From a virus (lineage: Duplodnaviria > Caudoviricetes): a stretch of DNA of 64,000 nt. Made by a program: the position numbers and the translations under genes. The stretch is from the IMG/VR virus record IMGVR_UViG_2754412371_000001, positions 29,313-93,312 of that record; one strand, 5' to 3'. Below the pieces are notes generated by a model that was given only the letters and a program-made list of their open reading frames with translations, was not told the DNA's origin and ran no database searches. The first letter of the stretch is position 1, and every line of letters begins with the position of its first letter. Positions 27,036-38,000 of this stretch are shown piece by piece.

Positions 27036-27053
27036 TAAGTCATTGCTGACTTA
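27036..27053. promoter_or_regulatory. 18-bp palindrome site (upstream of tail fibre)
   Basis: Perfect TAAGTCA-ttgc-TGACTTA. Confidence 0.85.
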
Positions 27054-27078
27054 TCAACAAGGCACTCACATATTCTGC

Positions 27079-27267
27079 TCAGTCCTTCTTGTAGCGCTCC
27101 TTCACCTCGCTGCAGTGCCGGATCCACTCGAGCGTCTCGTCCGGCAACTGGATACCCTGCCGAGCCAGCGCGTCGAACCCTTTCATGATGGCGTCGAGCT
27201 GCTCACCGATGTCCTGGTAGTCGGCCTGCCGCAGTGGGATCGGGTCGACCTCGTGATGGATCTTCAT
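27079..27267 (-). CDS. Small tail-associated protein
   Basis: RQADYQDIGEQLDAI..VKERYKK; ATGA overlap. Confidence 0.7.
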   Translation of the reverse strand: MKIHHEVDPIPLRQADYQDIGEQLDAIMKGFDALARQGIQLPDETLEWIRHCSEVKERYKKD

Positions 27268-27623
27268 GCTTGTGTCACCTCGAAAATTGCATCGAGCATC
27301 GGCCACGCCTTCACGATCACCGGATAGGTGCCAGGCTGGCTGAATGACAGGGTTGCGCTATTGTCGACGCACTCATGCGCTTCGCCATTAACGACGATCG
27401 TGCATGGCGCCGGCAGGTTCTTGAGCGACATCCCGTCAATGGTGGCCGGATTAGCCGGGCGACGCTTGACTTCACCTCCCTCTACCCAGTCCAGAGCAAT
27501 GTCACACGAGGCACGCAACAGCGTGCCTCCCTCTGGCACGACTTGAATGTCGATCATTATGTCCGGCATCCGGGCACGCGTCGTGATCCTGCCATTGCTG
27601 TCATGAATCAAATAGTCCTGCAT
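27264..27623 (-). CDS. Tail-associated hypothetical protein
   Basis: Follows the tail tip gene; AAGGA RBS. Confidence 0.75.
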   Translation of the reverse strand: MQDYLIHDSNGRITTRARMPDIMIDIQVVPEGGTLLRASCDIALDWVEGGEVKRRPANPATIDGMSLKNLPAPCTIVVNGEAHECVDNSATLSFSQPGTYPVIVKAWPMLDAIFEVTQA

Positions 27624-27632
27624 GATGTTTCC

Positions 27633-30600
27633 TTATCGTTTGAACTCGATTGCGTAGATGACGTAATGGATGTCACCAGTAATCGAGACGGAGTGATCGC
27701 CAGGCGGAAGGTTGGCCGAACAGCATCCATAGGTCGGCAAAGCAAGGCCGCCGGAGACATTGTTTTGCGCGTTGGTTCGCCCACCAATGTATGCACCAAG
27801 CTGCTTTCCATCAACGCTGAGAACGCCGCCAAAGGCGCTCGTCGACAAACCACAAAAGATAAACAGCACCGGATTGCCCGTTGATCGGTAAGTGAATCCT
27901 GATCCGTAGTTGGACCCACTCGTGGTTTCCCAATAAACGCCTGTCGTCACTGCGTTCAGGCCGATCCGCAATGTATCGATCTGCGCTTCGCCGATGTGTG
28001 CGGCCTGGATCGCCGCATACTGTATCTTCGCGCTTGTGATCGCGCCGTCGGAGATCTTCGCCGTATTCACCTGCAAGTCGCCGATCTTGGCGTTGTCGAT
28101 CGACGCATCGCCAATCAGCGCACTGCTGATGATGACCTTCGGCTGTCCATAGACCGCACCGATCGTGAACGGATGCACGCCCGCGTAACCAGGCAGGTTC
28201 ACAGAGAACGTGTCGGTGCGAACTGCGAACTCGCTTGTCGGCACGCCGTTCACCGTCGTAGATGCCAGGCCGAAGCCCGCCACATACCCGTTGTTGTCGA
28301 TCTTGACGGTGTATTGCGCGTTCAAGCCGTTGATCGAGCTTGCCTGCTGTTGAATCGTGGTCGTGTGGCCGTTGACTGTCGTCGTCAGGTTCGTGATCGA
28401 CGCCGCGTTCGCACTGTCCCCGTTCGCGCGTGCCGTCTGCTCGCTCGTAATCGCTGCGGTGTTCGAGCTCACCGAGCTCGCGAGTGTGTCGATTCGGCTC
28501 GACAGCGCGCTATCAGCGTCCGAGCGCGTCTTCTGCTCGGTCGTGATCGCGGCTGTGTTGCTGCCAACCGTCGACGACAGCGTGTCGATGCGGGTCGACA
28601 ACGCGGAGTCGGCGCTCGCACGGGCGGTCTGTTCGGACGTGATGGCCGCGGTGTTGCCGGCCGCGCTTGCCACAACCGCGTCGATTCGCGACCCCAGCGC
28701 GCCGTCTGCTGCTACGCGTGCATTCGTCTCGGATGTCACGCTCGCCTGAATCACCATCGGGAGCTGGCCGCCGGCCGTCGCCACGGGCCTCCCGTTGAGC
28801 ACCTGGAAGGTGTATGTCAGGAACGCCTTCGCGTCGCTGTCGATCGCACCGGCGTATAGCTCGGTGCCCGAGCCCTCGTTGCTGCCCGGCACGCCCACGA
28901 GAATGTAGGCGGAGCGATATTTAATCTGCGACAGAACTGCATTGGTCGCGCCGCAGCGCACCAGCGCAGTCTGAAGCGCGCCGGCGAGGTTCCCTTGTGG
29001 CTCGTCGAACGTCCACACAACCACCGTCACCGTGTTCGGCAGGCCGTTCAACAGCGTCACCAGATTGTCGCGCGCCGCCGTGCTGCTGAAAACGTCGAAT
29101 GACCCGCGCGTCGTCACGGCGCCGGTTGCGTCGATCGTCGCGACGTTGTAGCTGCGTGCGCCGCCCTGCAGCTTCACGCCGGACACGGCGTTGTAGAGGC
29201 CGGTGGCGGCGGCACCCACTGCCAATGCACCGTTGCTCGAGACACGGAACAGGAGCGCGTTGCCAAGCTGCGCTTGCACTGAGCTGATGCTCGACGCGTT
29301 TGCACTGTCGGCATTTGCGCGCGCGGTCTGTTCGTTCACGATTGCAGCGTTGGCGCTCGCAACCGATGCAGTCACGGTGTCGATTCGGGTCGACAGCGCC
29401 GAGTCAGCATCGGTGCGCGCTTTCTGCTCACTGGTAATGGCCGCAGTGTTGTTGTTCGTCGTGGCGACAACCGTATCGATTCGGGTCGACAAGGAGCTAT
29501 CAGCGTTCGCACGGGCAGTCTGTTCGGTCTGGATAGCCGCCGCGTTCTGATCGACCCGCGCCGTCACCGACTGGACCTGGCTCGAGAGCGAATCGTCAGC
29601 CGCTTGGCGCGTCTGCTGCTCGGTCGTGATGGCCGCGGTCAGTGCGCCCTCTGCGACCTTGCGGGCTGCCGCTTCCGCATCGAGCGCGTCCTTGGTCGCT
29701 GCCGCAGATGTAGCGCTCGCCGCCGCGATCGCCTTGTTCGCGGCGTCGAGCGCCTCCTGCACACGCTGGTTCACCGAGCCGAGGCCGTTGCCGTCAACGA
29801 GGTCGATCCGCTGTTGAAGTTCGGGGATGAGCTTCGATCCATTCAGCACACCGTCCGCAATCGCATTAACGTCCATGAACGGCGTGTGGAACTTGAACTT
29901 CGGCGTGGGAATCGTCTCGTCCATCCCGAATGCATCAAACGGCACGAGCACGTAGTAGTAGTCGTGGTTGAACATCAGGTTCGGCAGCAGCACCGAGCTG
30001 TCTGGCCCTTGGTAGACCAGCGTTGTCGAGTCCGCGACGAAGTTCGGATCATCGCTCAGATAGATCGCCGCGCCCGCGAAATCCGTATCGTCCGAGTGCG
30101 TGTAGGAGATCGTCACGCGATCGTAGTCGGCGCTCTGGTTCGCCGATACCACCGTCGGGGGTGGGTTGTAGGCATCCATGACCGCCGGCCGGCCGACGTT
30201 GTTGAACACATCGCGAACAGCGATTTCAACGGTCACGCGGCGATGCGTGCCATCCGCGACGTTCTTCTCGTAAGTGTAGATGTAGTTGTTATCGCGCGTG
30301 TGCTCTACGCGCAGCAGCTTGTGGCTGTGGTCGTAGATGCGCACCTCGTAGTCGAGGAAGTGCGGATCCAGCGAGCCGCTGTCCGCGCCGTTAGGCTCGG
30401 AACCAAACTCGAACGATTGCGTGGTCGAGTTGTAGTTCCAGAACAGCTTCAGATCCTTCCCAGCCCAGATGAAGTTCACCCCGGTCACATCAGCGACAGC
30501 TAGGTTCGATACGGAGCCGACCACCTTGTAGGTCACCGTGGGCGACTGATCGTAGCTCGCGCGTTTGCCCCAAACGTCATAGGCCACCGCTCGAACAGTT

Positions 30601-33600
30601 ACCGTATCGCCCTTGTTCAGTCCCTTGACGAGGTAGCTCGTGTCACCGCGCACCGTGTCGGCAAGCACGGGCGCCGCCCCGTTGATCGAAAGGTGAATGT
30701 CAGCGCCCGCATACGCCCCAACCACCGGGTTCGCCCATGCAGCACGCACGTTCGTGAGGATCTGCGTCCCGGAGACGAACGTCTCCTCGTAGATCGTGAG
30801 GTTCTGGACAGCACTGATCACGCCCTGAGAAGGATCAATGGACGGCACCTCAAGTGAGCCGTAGACCTCTTCGTATTGGGTCAGGTCGTAGACTTCCGGC
30901 CGATACTCGATCGCCGTGATCGTGCGATGGAAATCAGTCGAGCCGAGCGTCACGCCCTTGATGCGGAACGGCTTCTTGACCTTCTCCGTCTTCCCGAACA
31001 TGTAGTTGATGAACGGACCCGGCGCATACGACATCGGCGATACCAGTTGGATGGTGTCGGTTTGCCCCGGCGCCAAGACGACGTCATGCTCCTCCACCAC
31101 ATCAGTATCGATGAAAGTGACCGGCTGGCCGACCGAGAGTCCCGCAGTGGATTCGACATATACCCCATCCGGCAGCACGTTGGTGATGCCGACGTCGGTC
31201 CCCGACCCATTCGTCATGCGCATCAGCCGTCCCGACGGCGTGCCGTTGGCGACCTGCACGAACGTTCCGGTGATAGCCTGAATCACGGACGTCCCGCGCG
31301 TGACCGTGTTGCTCAGGACCAGCAGGCGGTAGCGACCGCCGGCCTCCATCTTGACGAGCTTGTCGAGCTTGATGATGCTGTTGCTCGAGCCAACGGCGGT
31401 GCGGCCCGACTCGCTCCATGCGGGCATGTCGTGCTGCACCAGCACCACGTCGCCCGGCGCGCAGGCGATGGATTCGACCGGAGACTGCCACTCGCACGTC
31501 AGTTGCAGGTAGCGGTTCAGATTGAGCTGGAACGCGCCCTCCATATAGGCACGCTTGATGTCGACCACGCCATACAGGGTGATCGCGCTCGCGTTCTGAT
31601 TTTGCCCTTCGAGCACTGAATCCGGGTTGGTGACCTTAACGGTCTTTTCCCTGTAGCCGTCCGTCCGGTCGAAGTAGGTCACATCGACTTCCGTCGCGCG
31701 ATCGACGGTGCCCAGCCACGTCTGCTTGAACGTGTCCTGCATGATGTTGCCCATACCGAACATCATCACGGGATCGGATGCGCGCTCGATCGCGATGTAG
31801 TAGCGCGTGCCTACCGTGATAACCTGAGCGTGACCGACGCGCAGCACATAAGCGGAGGCATCCCAGAAGTTCATCGTCTGGTCAAGAACCGCATTGAACG
31901 TCAGGCCGTTGGCATCGCAGAATTCGGCCCACTCGAACAGCGAATCCATGTCGAGCCGATCCGGGCTGAAACCGGGTCCATAGCGACCGTTCGTCGCCAT
32001 GTCGTAGTAGACCCACGCCGGGTTCGCGTTTGCCGACTGCGCGGTCTGGATGACGCCTTTGTCACGCGTCATCGTCGCAATGAGTCGGCCGCCATTCGTG
32101 AACGTGACCGACGGGATGCCCGACAGCTGACTGTCCATCTGAACACGCAGAGCTACGAGCGCAGTGTGGTTATAGGCGACACCCTCGTAGACGATTTCGT
32201 TCAGGTCCGTGATATAGCACTCGGATTGTGACGTGTCGCCGGTGATGGGCTGGCCGCGGATAACGCGCGGGTTGCCGCTGCTCCAGTCGGTGTAGTTCTC
32301 GTTGCGCCGAACGCGAACCTCATACTTCCCTAGCGACAGCTGCGGTGTGAAGTAAGATCGACGCACCGTCGAACGCATCTTCTCCGTCACGATCAGCGCG
32401 CCGCCGCGTCCGGGGATTGAGATCGACGTGGAGATCCACATTCCGCCGAAGGCGCTGATCCACGTCGAGTAAGGCCGTCCGACGTAGTTCCAGTATTGGT
32501 TCTTCAGCGCGGTGACGAGCGAACTGTCGACATCGGTATTCGAGTCGGAATAAACGACCGCGAAGTCGGTGATCTTGTCGTCGGGATCAATCGGATAATC
32601 ATTGCCGAGGAAACCGCCACGGTAGACCTTCGGTCGAATCTTGACGTTCGCGTAGGACGGCCGGGTCGCGCTGAAGGGCGTCCAGTCAGTCGCCCCCACG
32701 AGGCGATAATCTGCCTCGATGACGCACGTATTGCTCTGCATGTCGCCCGAGTTACGATCGAGCGCAAACAGGCCGGCGGGGAACGTGAAGTCCAGACGAA
32801 TCTGCTCTACTGAATCCGACGTCGAAAACTGCAGGTAGCTGCTGTCATGCGGGAGAATCTGGTTCTTGCTGTGCGGGACGATGACCTTGGAGAACCAGTC
32901 GATCACTCCTTGCGTCGGATCACCCATACGCGTCTGCACCGCGACTTCCTTGAACTCGCTGATGTCCCGGTCATTGAGGCGGATATTCGAGATCGACGCG
33001 ATCGGGCCTTCCCCGGCGTTGATCAGCATGTAGAGGATCTGGCTGTTGTCGACGTTCTCGGTGTAGGCGCCGATGATGTTGCCGGCCATCTGGAACGAGC
33101 CGTAGCACACCGGCACCGGCAGCCCCTCGGCACTGGTGTTCTTCGCCCCGTCTGCCCCGTATGTCGAGCTCGAGGCCAAGCTGTTGTTCGAGCTGTTCGT
33201 CGGCGTGGGCGGCGGCATGATCGCGTTGATCAGCAGCGAGCCGGCGACCGTGATGCCGACCGTCACTGCCGCGGTGATCGCGGTCAGGCCGGCCGAGCCG
33301 ACAGCGGCTGCCAGGCCAATGCCACCGAGCGAAACAAGCGCGCCTGCCAGTTCCGGCGCGACAATCGCGACAGCGACCATCGCAATCATGCGGAAGATGC
33401 CCTTGAATCCGCCGCCACCGCGCGGGATCGGGCAGAGCACGATGAAGTCGTCAGGCTGCGGGTATACGAGCCCGAAGTCCTTACTCTCGACGATGCCGCC
33501 GTTGCGCGACACCACCACTTCTTCAGCCAGCACCAGAGGCAAGTAATCTGCAAGCGTGGCGCCCGGCCGGTATGCCCAATGCTCCGTCTCAATCTCGTAG

Positions 33601-33677
33601 AGCGGATCCAGCGGGTTGACGATGCGCCGGACGTTGATGACCTGCGCCAGTTCGCTACTCTGCATGCTGATACTCAT
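27633..33677 (-). CDS. Tail tip / host specificity protein (lambda I+J-like) with FN3, coiled-coil and ILEI-like domains
   Basis: PVPVCYG, GEGPI, NPAW, PGDVV; EQTARAxADSAL repeats; C-terminal YVAGFGL; start may be 33665. Confidence 0.9.
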   Translation of the reverse strand: MSISMQSSELAQVINVRRIVNPLDPLYEIETEHWAYRPGATLADYLPLVLAEEVVVSRNGGIVESKDFGLVYPQPDDFIVLCPIPRGGGGFKGIFRMIAMVAVAIVAPELAGALVSLGGIGLAAAVGSAGLTAITAAVTVGITVAGSLLINAIMPPPTPTNSSNNSLASSSTYGADGAKNTSAEGLPVPVCYGSFQMAGNIIGAYTENVDNSQILYMLINAGEGPIASISNIRLNDRDISEFKEVAVQTRMGDPTQGVIDWFSKVIVPHSKNQILPHDSSYLQFSTSDSVEQIRLDFTFPAGLFALDRNSGDMQSNTCVIEADYRLVGATDWTPFSATRPSYANVKIRPKVYRGGFLGNDYPIDPDDKITDFAVVYSDSNTDVDSSLVTALKNQYWNYVGRPYSTWISAFGGMWISTSISIPGRGGALIVTEKMRSTVRRSYFTPQLSLGKYEVRVRRNENYTDWSSGNPRVIRGQPITGDTSQSECYITDLNEIVYEGVAYNHTALVALRVQMDSQLSGIPSVTFTNGGRLIATMTRDKGVIQTAQSANANPAWVYYDMATNGRYGPGFSPDRLDMDSLFEWAEFCDANGLTFNAVLDQTMNFWDASAYVLRVGHAQVITVGTRYYIAIERASDPVMMFGMGNIMQDTFKQTWLGTVDRATEVDVTYFDRTDGYREKTVKVTNPDSVLEGQNQNASAITLYGVVDIKRAYMEGAFQLNLNRYLQLTCEWQSPVESIACAPGDVVLVQHDMPAWSESGRTAVGSSNSIIKLDKLVKMEAGGRYRLLVLSNTVTRGTSVIQAITGTFVQVANGTPSGRLMRMTNGSGTDVGITNVLPDGVYVESTAGLSVGQPVTFIDTDVVEEHDVVLAPGQTDTIQLVSPMSYAPGPFINYMFGKTEKVKKPFRIKGVTLGSTDFHRTITAIEYRPEVYDLTQYEEVYGSLEVPSIDPSQGVISAVQNLTIYEETFVSGTQILTNVRAAWANPVVGAYAGADIHLSINGAAPVLADTVRGDTSYLVKGLNKGDTVTVRAVAYDVWGKRASYDQSPTVTYKVVGSVSNLAVADVTGVNFIWAGKDLKLFWNYNSTTQSFEFGSEPNGADSGSLDPHFLDYEVRIYDHSHKLLRVEHTRDNNYIYTYEKNVADGTHRRVTVEIAVRDVFNNVGRPAVMDAYNPPPTVVSANQSADYDRVTISYTHSDDTDFAGAAIYLSDDPNFVADSTTLVYQGPDSSVLLPNLMFNHDYYYVLVPFDAFGMDETIPTPKFKFHTPFMDVNAIADGVLNGSKLIPELQQRIDLVDGNGLGSVNQRVQEALDAANKAIAAASATSAAATKDALDAEAAARKVAEGALTAAITTEQQTRQAADDSLSSQVQSVTARVDQNAAAIQTEQTARANADSSLSTRIDTVVATTNNNTAAITSEQKARTDADSALSTRIDTVTASVASANAAIVNEQTARANADSANASSISSVQAQLGNALLFRVSSNGALAVGAAATGLYNAVSGVKLQGGARSYNVATIDATGAVTTRGSFDVFSSTAARDNLVTLLNGLPNTVTVVVWTFDEPQGNLAGALQTALVRCGATNAVLSQIKYRSAYILVGVPGSNEGSGTELYAGAIDSDAKAFLTYTFQVLNGRPVATAGGQLPMVIQASVTSETNARVAADGALGSRIDAVVASAAGNTAAITSEQTARASADSALSTRIDTLSSTVGSNTAAITTEQKTRSDADSALSSRIDTLASSVSSNTAAITSEQTARANGDSANAASITNLTTTVNGHTTTIQQQASSINGLNAQYTVKIDNNGYVAGFGLASTTVNGVPTSEFAVRTDTFSVNLPGYAGVHPFTIGAVYGQPKVIISSALIGDASIDNAKIGDLQVNTAKISDGAITSAKIQYAAIQAAHIGEAQIDTLRIGLNAVTTGVYWETTSGSNYGSGFTYRSTGNPVLFIFCGLSTSAFGGVLSVDGKQLGAYIGGRTNAQNNVSGGLALPTYGCCSANLPPGDHSVSITGDIHYVIYAIEFKR

Positions 33678-34041
33678 AGAACCCGAAAACCCTCTTGCTC
33701 TTTTCCCAATCTGAAAGCCGCTCGATCGTCACGCCGCCGGTCTTGTCCCATGCGTGGATAAAGCGGCTTGCGTCGATGACATAGCCGCAGTGGTTGATGT
33801 GGCGCCCCATCCGGAAAAGCACGCAGCAGCCGGGCTTCGGCCCGTCGAGCTTTTTCCAGAAGACACGGGCGCACGCCATCATTGCCCCGATGCGCGCGGC
33901 ATCCCCAGACACCCCGTAGTCCGGCGGCCGCTTGCCCGTGGCCTGCTCCGTGAGGTGCATCACCAGCCCGTAGCAGTCGAACGAATCAGGCCCGCGACCG
34001 CCGAGCTCAAAGGGGACGCCGAGAAGATCATGATAAGTCAT
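33655..34041 (-). CDS. NlpC/P60 tail assembly protein (lambda K-like)
   Basis: GGRGPDSFDCYGL..HCGY..FIHA. Confidence 0.9.
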   Translation of the reverse strand: MTYHDLLGVPFELGGRGPDSFDCYGLVMHLTEQATGKRPPDYGVSGDAARIGAMMACARVFWKKLDGPKPGCCVLFRMGRHINHCGYVIDASRFIHAWDKTGGVTIERLSDWEKSKRVFGFYEYQHAE

Positions 34042-34051
34042 TTGTGACTTA
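34034..34051. promoter_or_regulatory. 18-bp palindrome site (over the NlpC gene start)
   Basis: Perfect TAAGTCA-tttg-TGACTTA. Confidence 0.85.
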
Positions 34052-34053
34052 TT

Positions 34054-34689
34054 CTACCGGGTAACAGAATTCGAGGAAACAAGGTTCGGATATCCGCCAA
34101 AGTTGATGACGTTGCCGTGAGCGCGGCAGCCGAGCTTCCCCTCCATTGTTCGATCGCAAACCTGCATCGGACCGTTGTATCGGCAGGTGCTTCCGTCGCG
34201 ATAGATCCACTGGCAAAAGTCACGCCGCTGGATCCGCTTCGGGAACATCTTCTGCAGGCCGTTCTCCGCTCCAAGCGTCCACGACACTGTGTAGTTGGTC
34301 GCCGACGCGTTGACGACCTCGAAATACTCCTGCACCTCCGGAGTGCCGTCCAGGTTGTCGGCCGAGCACACGATCACGATCACCGGGAAACCCGTGCCGC
34401 CGCTGTAGTCCTGCATCTTCTGCAGGAGCACGCGCGCGTAGTCCAGGACCGACAGCATGATCTGCGGCTGCGTGCCGGTTTCCGCCTTGAGCTCAAGCGA
34501 GAACTGCGCCGCGGTGTAGTTCGCACCGTTGCGCGCGATGTCCTCGGTGTTGTTCACGAAGCGCAGCGTCTCTACGATCGCGCCTGTCGTGCGATCGAGC
34601 ACGCCGATCTCGAGGAATGCCAGATACGGAACGTCGCTGCCGAGCTTGTTCTTCTCGATGACGCTGGCGACTGAGAGACGGTTACCCAT
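34054..34689 (-). CDS. Minor tail protein L-like
   Basis: C-terminal CQWIY..C..C..C..FGGYP. Confidence 0.85.
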   Translation of the reverse strand: MGNRLSVASVIEKNKLGSDVPYLAFLEIGVLDRTTGAIVETLRFVNNTEDIARNGANYTAAQFSLELKAETGTQPQIMLSVLDYARVLLQKMQDYSGGTGFPVIVIVCSADNLDGTPEVQEYFEVVNASATNYTVSWTLGAENGLQKMFPKRIQRRDFCQWIYRDGSTCRYNGPMQVCDRTMEGKLGCRAHGNVINFGGYPNLVSSNSVTR

Positions 34690-35054
34690 TAAGCCTCCTC
34701 AAGCTTGAATTCCACGTCCCATCGGAAGTTCGTGCCGGCGCCCGAATACTTCCAGTTGAGCTCGGTGTCGGTCGTGAACCGCACCAGAATTTGCTCTTTC
34801 GTCGTGGGGTGGATATACGTGAAAATCACCGACCCGCCGCTTACCGAATCGAAGAAGTCGTCGAACGACTTCCGATCGGCTTCGGTCATGTTGGTGAAGC
34901 CGGTCGTGAACTTGCGGCGCGGCCGGCGCGTGTGACGGGGGCGCGTCACCACGTAGCCCCCATCCATCTTCGATCCGATCGCCGGGTTCTCTTTGCCAGG
35001 CTGAAACTTGGACGAGTCCTGCTGATCGCAAAACGGCATGGTCTTGTAGGTCAC
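34689..35054 (-). CDS. Distal tail protein (lambda M-like)
   Basis: Size, position after the tape measure gene, MDGGY..R..FTYIHP. Confidence 0.75.
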   Translation of the reverse strand: MTYKTMPFCDQQDSSKFQPGKENPAIGSKMDGGYVVTRPRHTRRPRRKFTTGFTNMTEADRKSFDDFFDSVSGGSVIFTYIHPTTKEQILVRFTTDTELNWKYSGAGTNFRWDVEFKLEEA

Positions 35055-38000
35055 TTCAGTGCTCCCCGCATCTGGTCACGGAACGCACCCGGCGTGGTCG
35101 ATGCGGACAACACCACGTCGAGAATCATCTGCTTGCCGTCGAAGCGGGTGTTGCCCTGCTGCGCCTGCACCTGCTGGCCCGTCTGGTTAATGACGTTGAC
35201 GGTGACCGCCGGCGCGCCGCCACTTTGGCTGCTGCTTTGCTGTTGCCCCGCGATGCGCATCGTCACCGGGATAGAGTGACCGTCAGGCAGCGGGACGAAC
35301 GCTTCCGGCGTGCTGCCCTCCCCGTAGATCGCCATCTGCGGGGAATTGGCGATACCGCCATTCGCATACTTCCGGAGGTTCATCACGCCGAACTGCGTCA
35401 TCACCCCGCCGTTCGCGAACGCCGGCACCGTGAAGCCGAAGCTGTTCGATCCCACGCCCCAGCCGCTCGCCGAGCTGGCAGCCGCAGTCGAAGCGCCGGA
35501 CGAGCCGCCAAGACCGAACGCCGACCCCAGCGCGCCGAACAGCCCGCCGATCCCGCTGCCACCACCGCTGCCACCCGCGATCTGGGCGAGTGCCGACGAG
35601 GCAATCTGAGCCGCGTTTGCCAGCGTCATCAGCGAGTTGTTGGCGGTCACCTGTGCGGTCTGACCTGTCAACATGCCCTTCACGTTGTCAGCAAGCGAGA
35701 ATCCCCACTTGTCAGAGCTCATCGCGAGATTGGTGAAGCCGCGGGCCAGGGTCGACACGCTCGTTTGAAGCTCGAGGCCGCCAGCCATGCCCAGACCCGC
35801 ACCTGCCGAACCCTGGGTCGTAATTGGAGCCGGCGTAGCGTTGCCGCCCAGCAGCTTGCCAATCCCGTTCGCCAGCCAGTCGTAGCCGACCTGAAGGGAC
35901 GAGCCGATCTTCTTCTGGAGCGACGCCTTCAGGGTGTCTGCGACGATGCCCTCCATCAGGTTTTGCCACTCGAACCGGCCGGTCTTGGCGGCATTCACGA
36001 ACGCGTCGATCGTGTTGTTCGACCAGTTCACCGACGCCTGCTGCATCGTGTCGGTCGCCTGCTGCCACTTGGTAACGAGTTGCTGCATCGGCGTCTCAAG
36101 ATCCCGAGCATGCTTTTTCGCGCGCACCAAATCGGCAGCGTCGATAATCGACTGCTCTTCGGATACGTCCTGCCCCTGCTTCGCCACCTTGTTCAGGCGG
36201 TCTGCTGCCTCGCGTCGCCATGCCGCGTCCTCGATTGCCCATTGCGCCTGGAGCTTCTCAGCGCGCCCATCGATCAACGACAGCTGGTCGGTTTGCATCT
36301 GCTTGCCGACGTTGCGGGTGAAGTTCATCAGGTCGACCTGGTCGGCCACACGCTGCGCCTCCTTCATCTTGTCGATGAGAGGCGCGAGATCCTTCGCAGC
36401 TTCCAACGATCGGGTCGACAGCTTCTCGAGGAACGACAACATCGAGTTGTCGTTCTTCCCGGTCGGCGTCGTGAAATCCCCCTGCGCAATCTGATCCATG
36501 CCCTGCGCGTATTCGGCCTTCAGCGGCGCGATCCGCGCGTTGAGCTGCTGCATCTGCTGCCGGCCGTTCTTCAGGATCTCAAGCAGCGTCATCTGGTCGA
36601 CGAGCTTCTGGGCCATTTCACTGTTGATGTCGGCCTTCGTGCTCGTGCCGCCCTTTCCGTGCGTAACGAAGTTGAGCTGACCGGCGTCGATCATCGCCGA
36701 CACCTTCTCCTGCGCTTGGGCGCGGAGCTGGTCATACTCGGTTGCTCCCTCAACGACTTGAGCGAGCTTGGCCTTGGCGTCAGCGATCTGGACGTTCAGG
36801 TCGCCCAGCCGATTCGCGAGCTTGTCGGTCGGCGGTCGCGCTGCGCCGCCCTTCTTCTTGTTCGCTTCCAGCCATACGTTGGGCGAGTTCATCGCCGCAA
36901 CGAACGTGGAACGCTGGTTCTCGCCCTCTTGGCGAACTCGCTCGAGTTCCTTCTGCAGCGCCGCGCGCTGCATTTCCGCGTCCGGCCCGGTGACCGATTT
37001 GATCCTCTGGCGTAGCTCGGCGTCGCGCGCCTCGTATGCCTTGGCAATCGCCTCAGTGCCCTTCTTGATCGCCGCTGCAACTTCGGTCCCTTGCGCCTGT
37101 TGCTGCTCTTCGGACAACCCCTTGCCTGACGCCTTCTTAATCGCGTCGTATTTGTCCTTGATCGCCGAGACTTCGTTCTGGCCGGACTTCGCGATTGCCG
37201 CAACCTTGGCGTCAGTTTCCCGCTGATACGCAGTCTGATACTTGTAGGTGTTGGCGTCCAGGTCGGACGCGTCTAGAACCTTCTTCGCCGCAGCGCGCTG
37301 GCTGACGAGCTCCTGAAGCGCAGCCTGCTCTTGAGTGATCTGCGACTTGAGCTGTTTCACGCGCTCTGGATCGGGCGCTTGCCAACCAGAATCGACGCGC
37401 TGCCCCTTCTGAGCGATAGCAAGCTGGTTATTCAGGTCGGCGATCTTGTTCTTCTGATCCGCGATGTGCCCGTCTTGACGGTCCAGATCGCTCTGAGCAA
37501 CGGCACCTTGCGCGATCGAGCGCTTGATATTGGCAGCGTCGATCGCGGCATTTGCCGCGCGCTTCGCCGCTTCGGCGAAGCTGTTCCAGAGCGCGATACC
37601 GCCAATAATGGCGCCAGCGAGCACCGTGAGCCAGCCACCGAGCGCGTTGAACGCGAACTGCAGCCCAAGCGTCGCCTCCTTCCACGCAACTTGTGCAGTC
37701 GTCATCTGCTGAACTGCCGTCAGCGCTACACGCTCTTCGGCAATGGTTGCTGCAAGGAGTGCGTTCTTCTCGACGAGGATCGCGTTTTCAGCGCTGGTCG
37801 CTGCGTTGAGCTGCCCTTGTGCAACCGCTGTTTCGCGCTCGGCCGCCGACACAGCGTTAAGCGTGGCAATGCGCTGACGCAGGAGCGCTTCTTCCTCGGT
37901 CAGGAGCGCAATCTCAGCACGCATCGACGCGAGCCGCCCTTCTACTTCCTGGGTGAACTTCGCTTGCGCCGCATACTGCGCAGCCGTTGCAGAATTGGAT

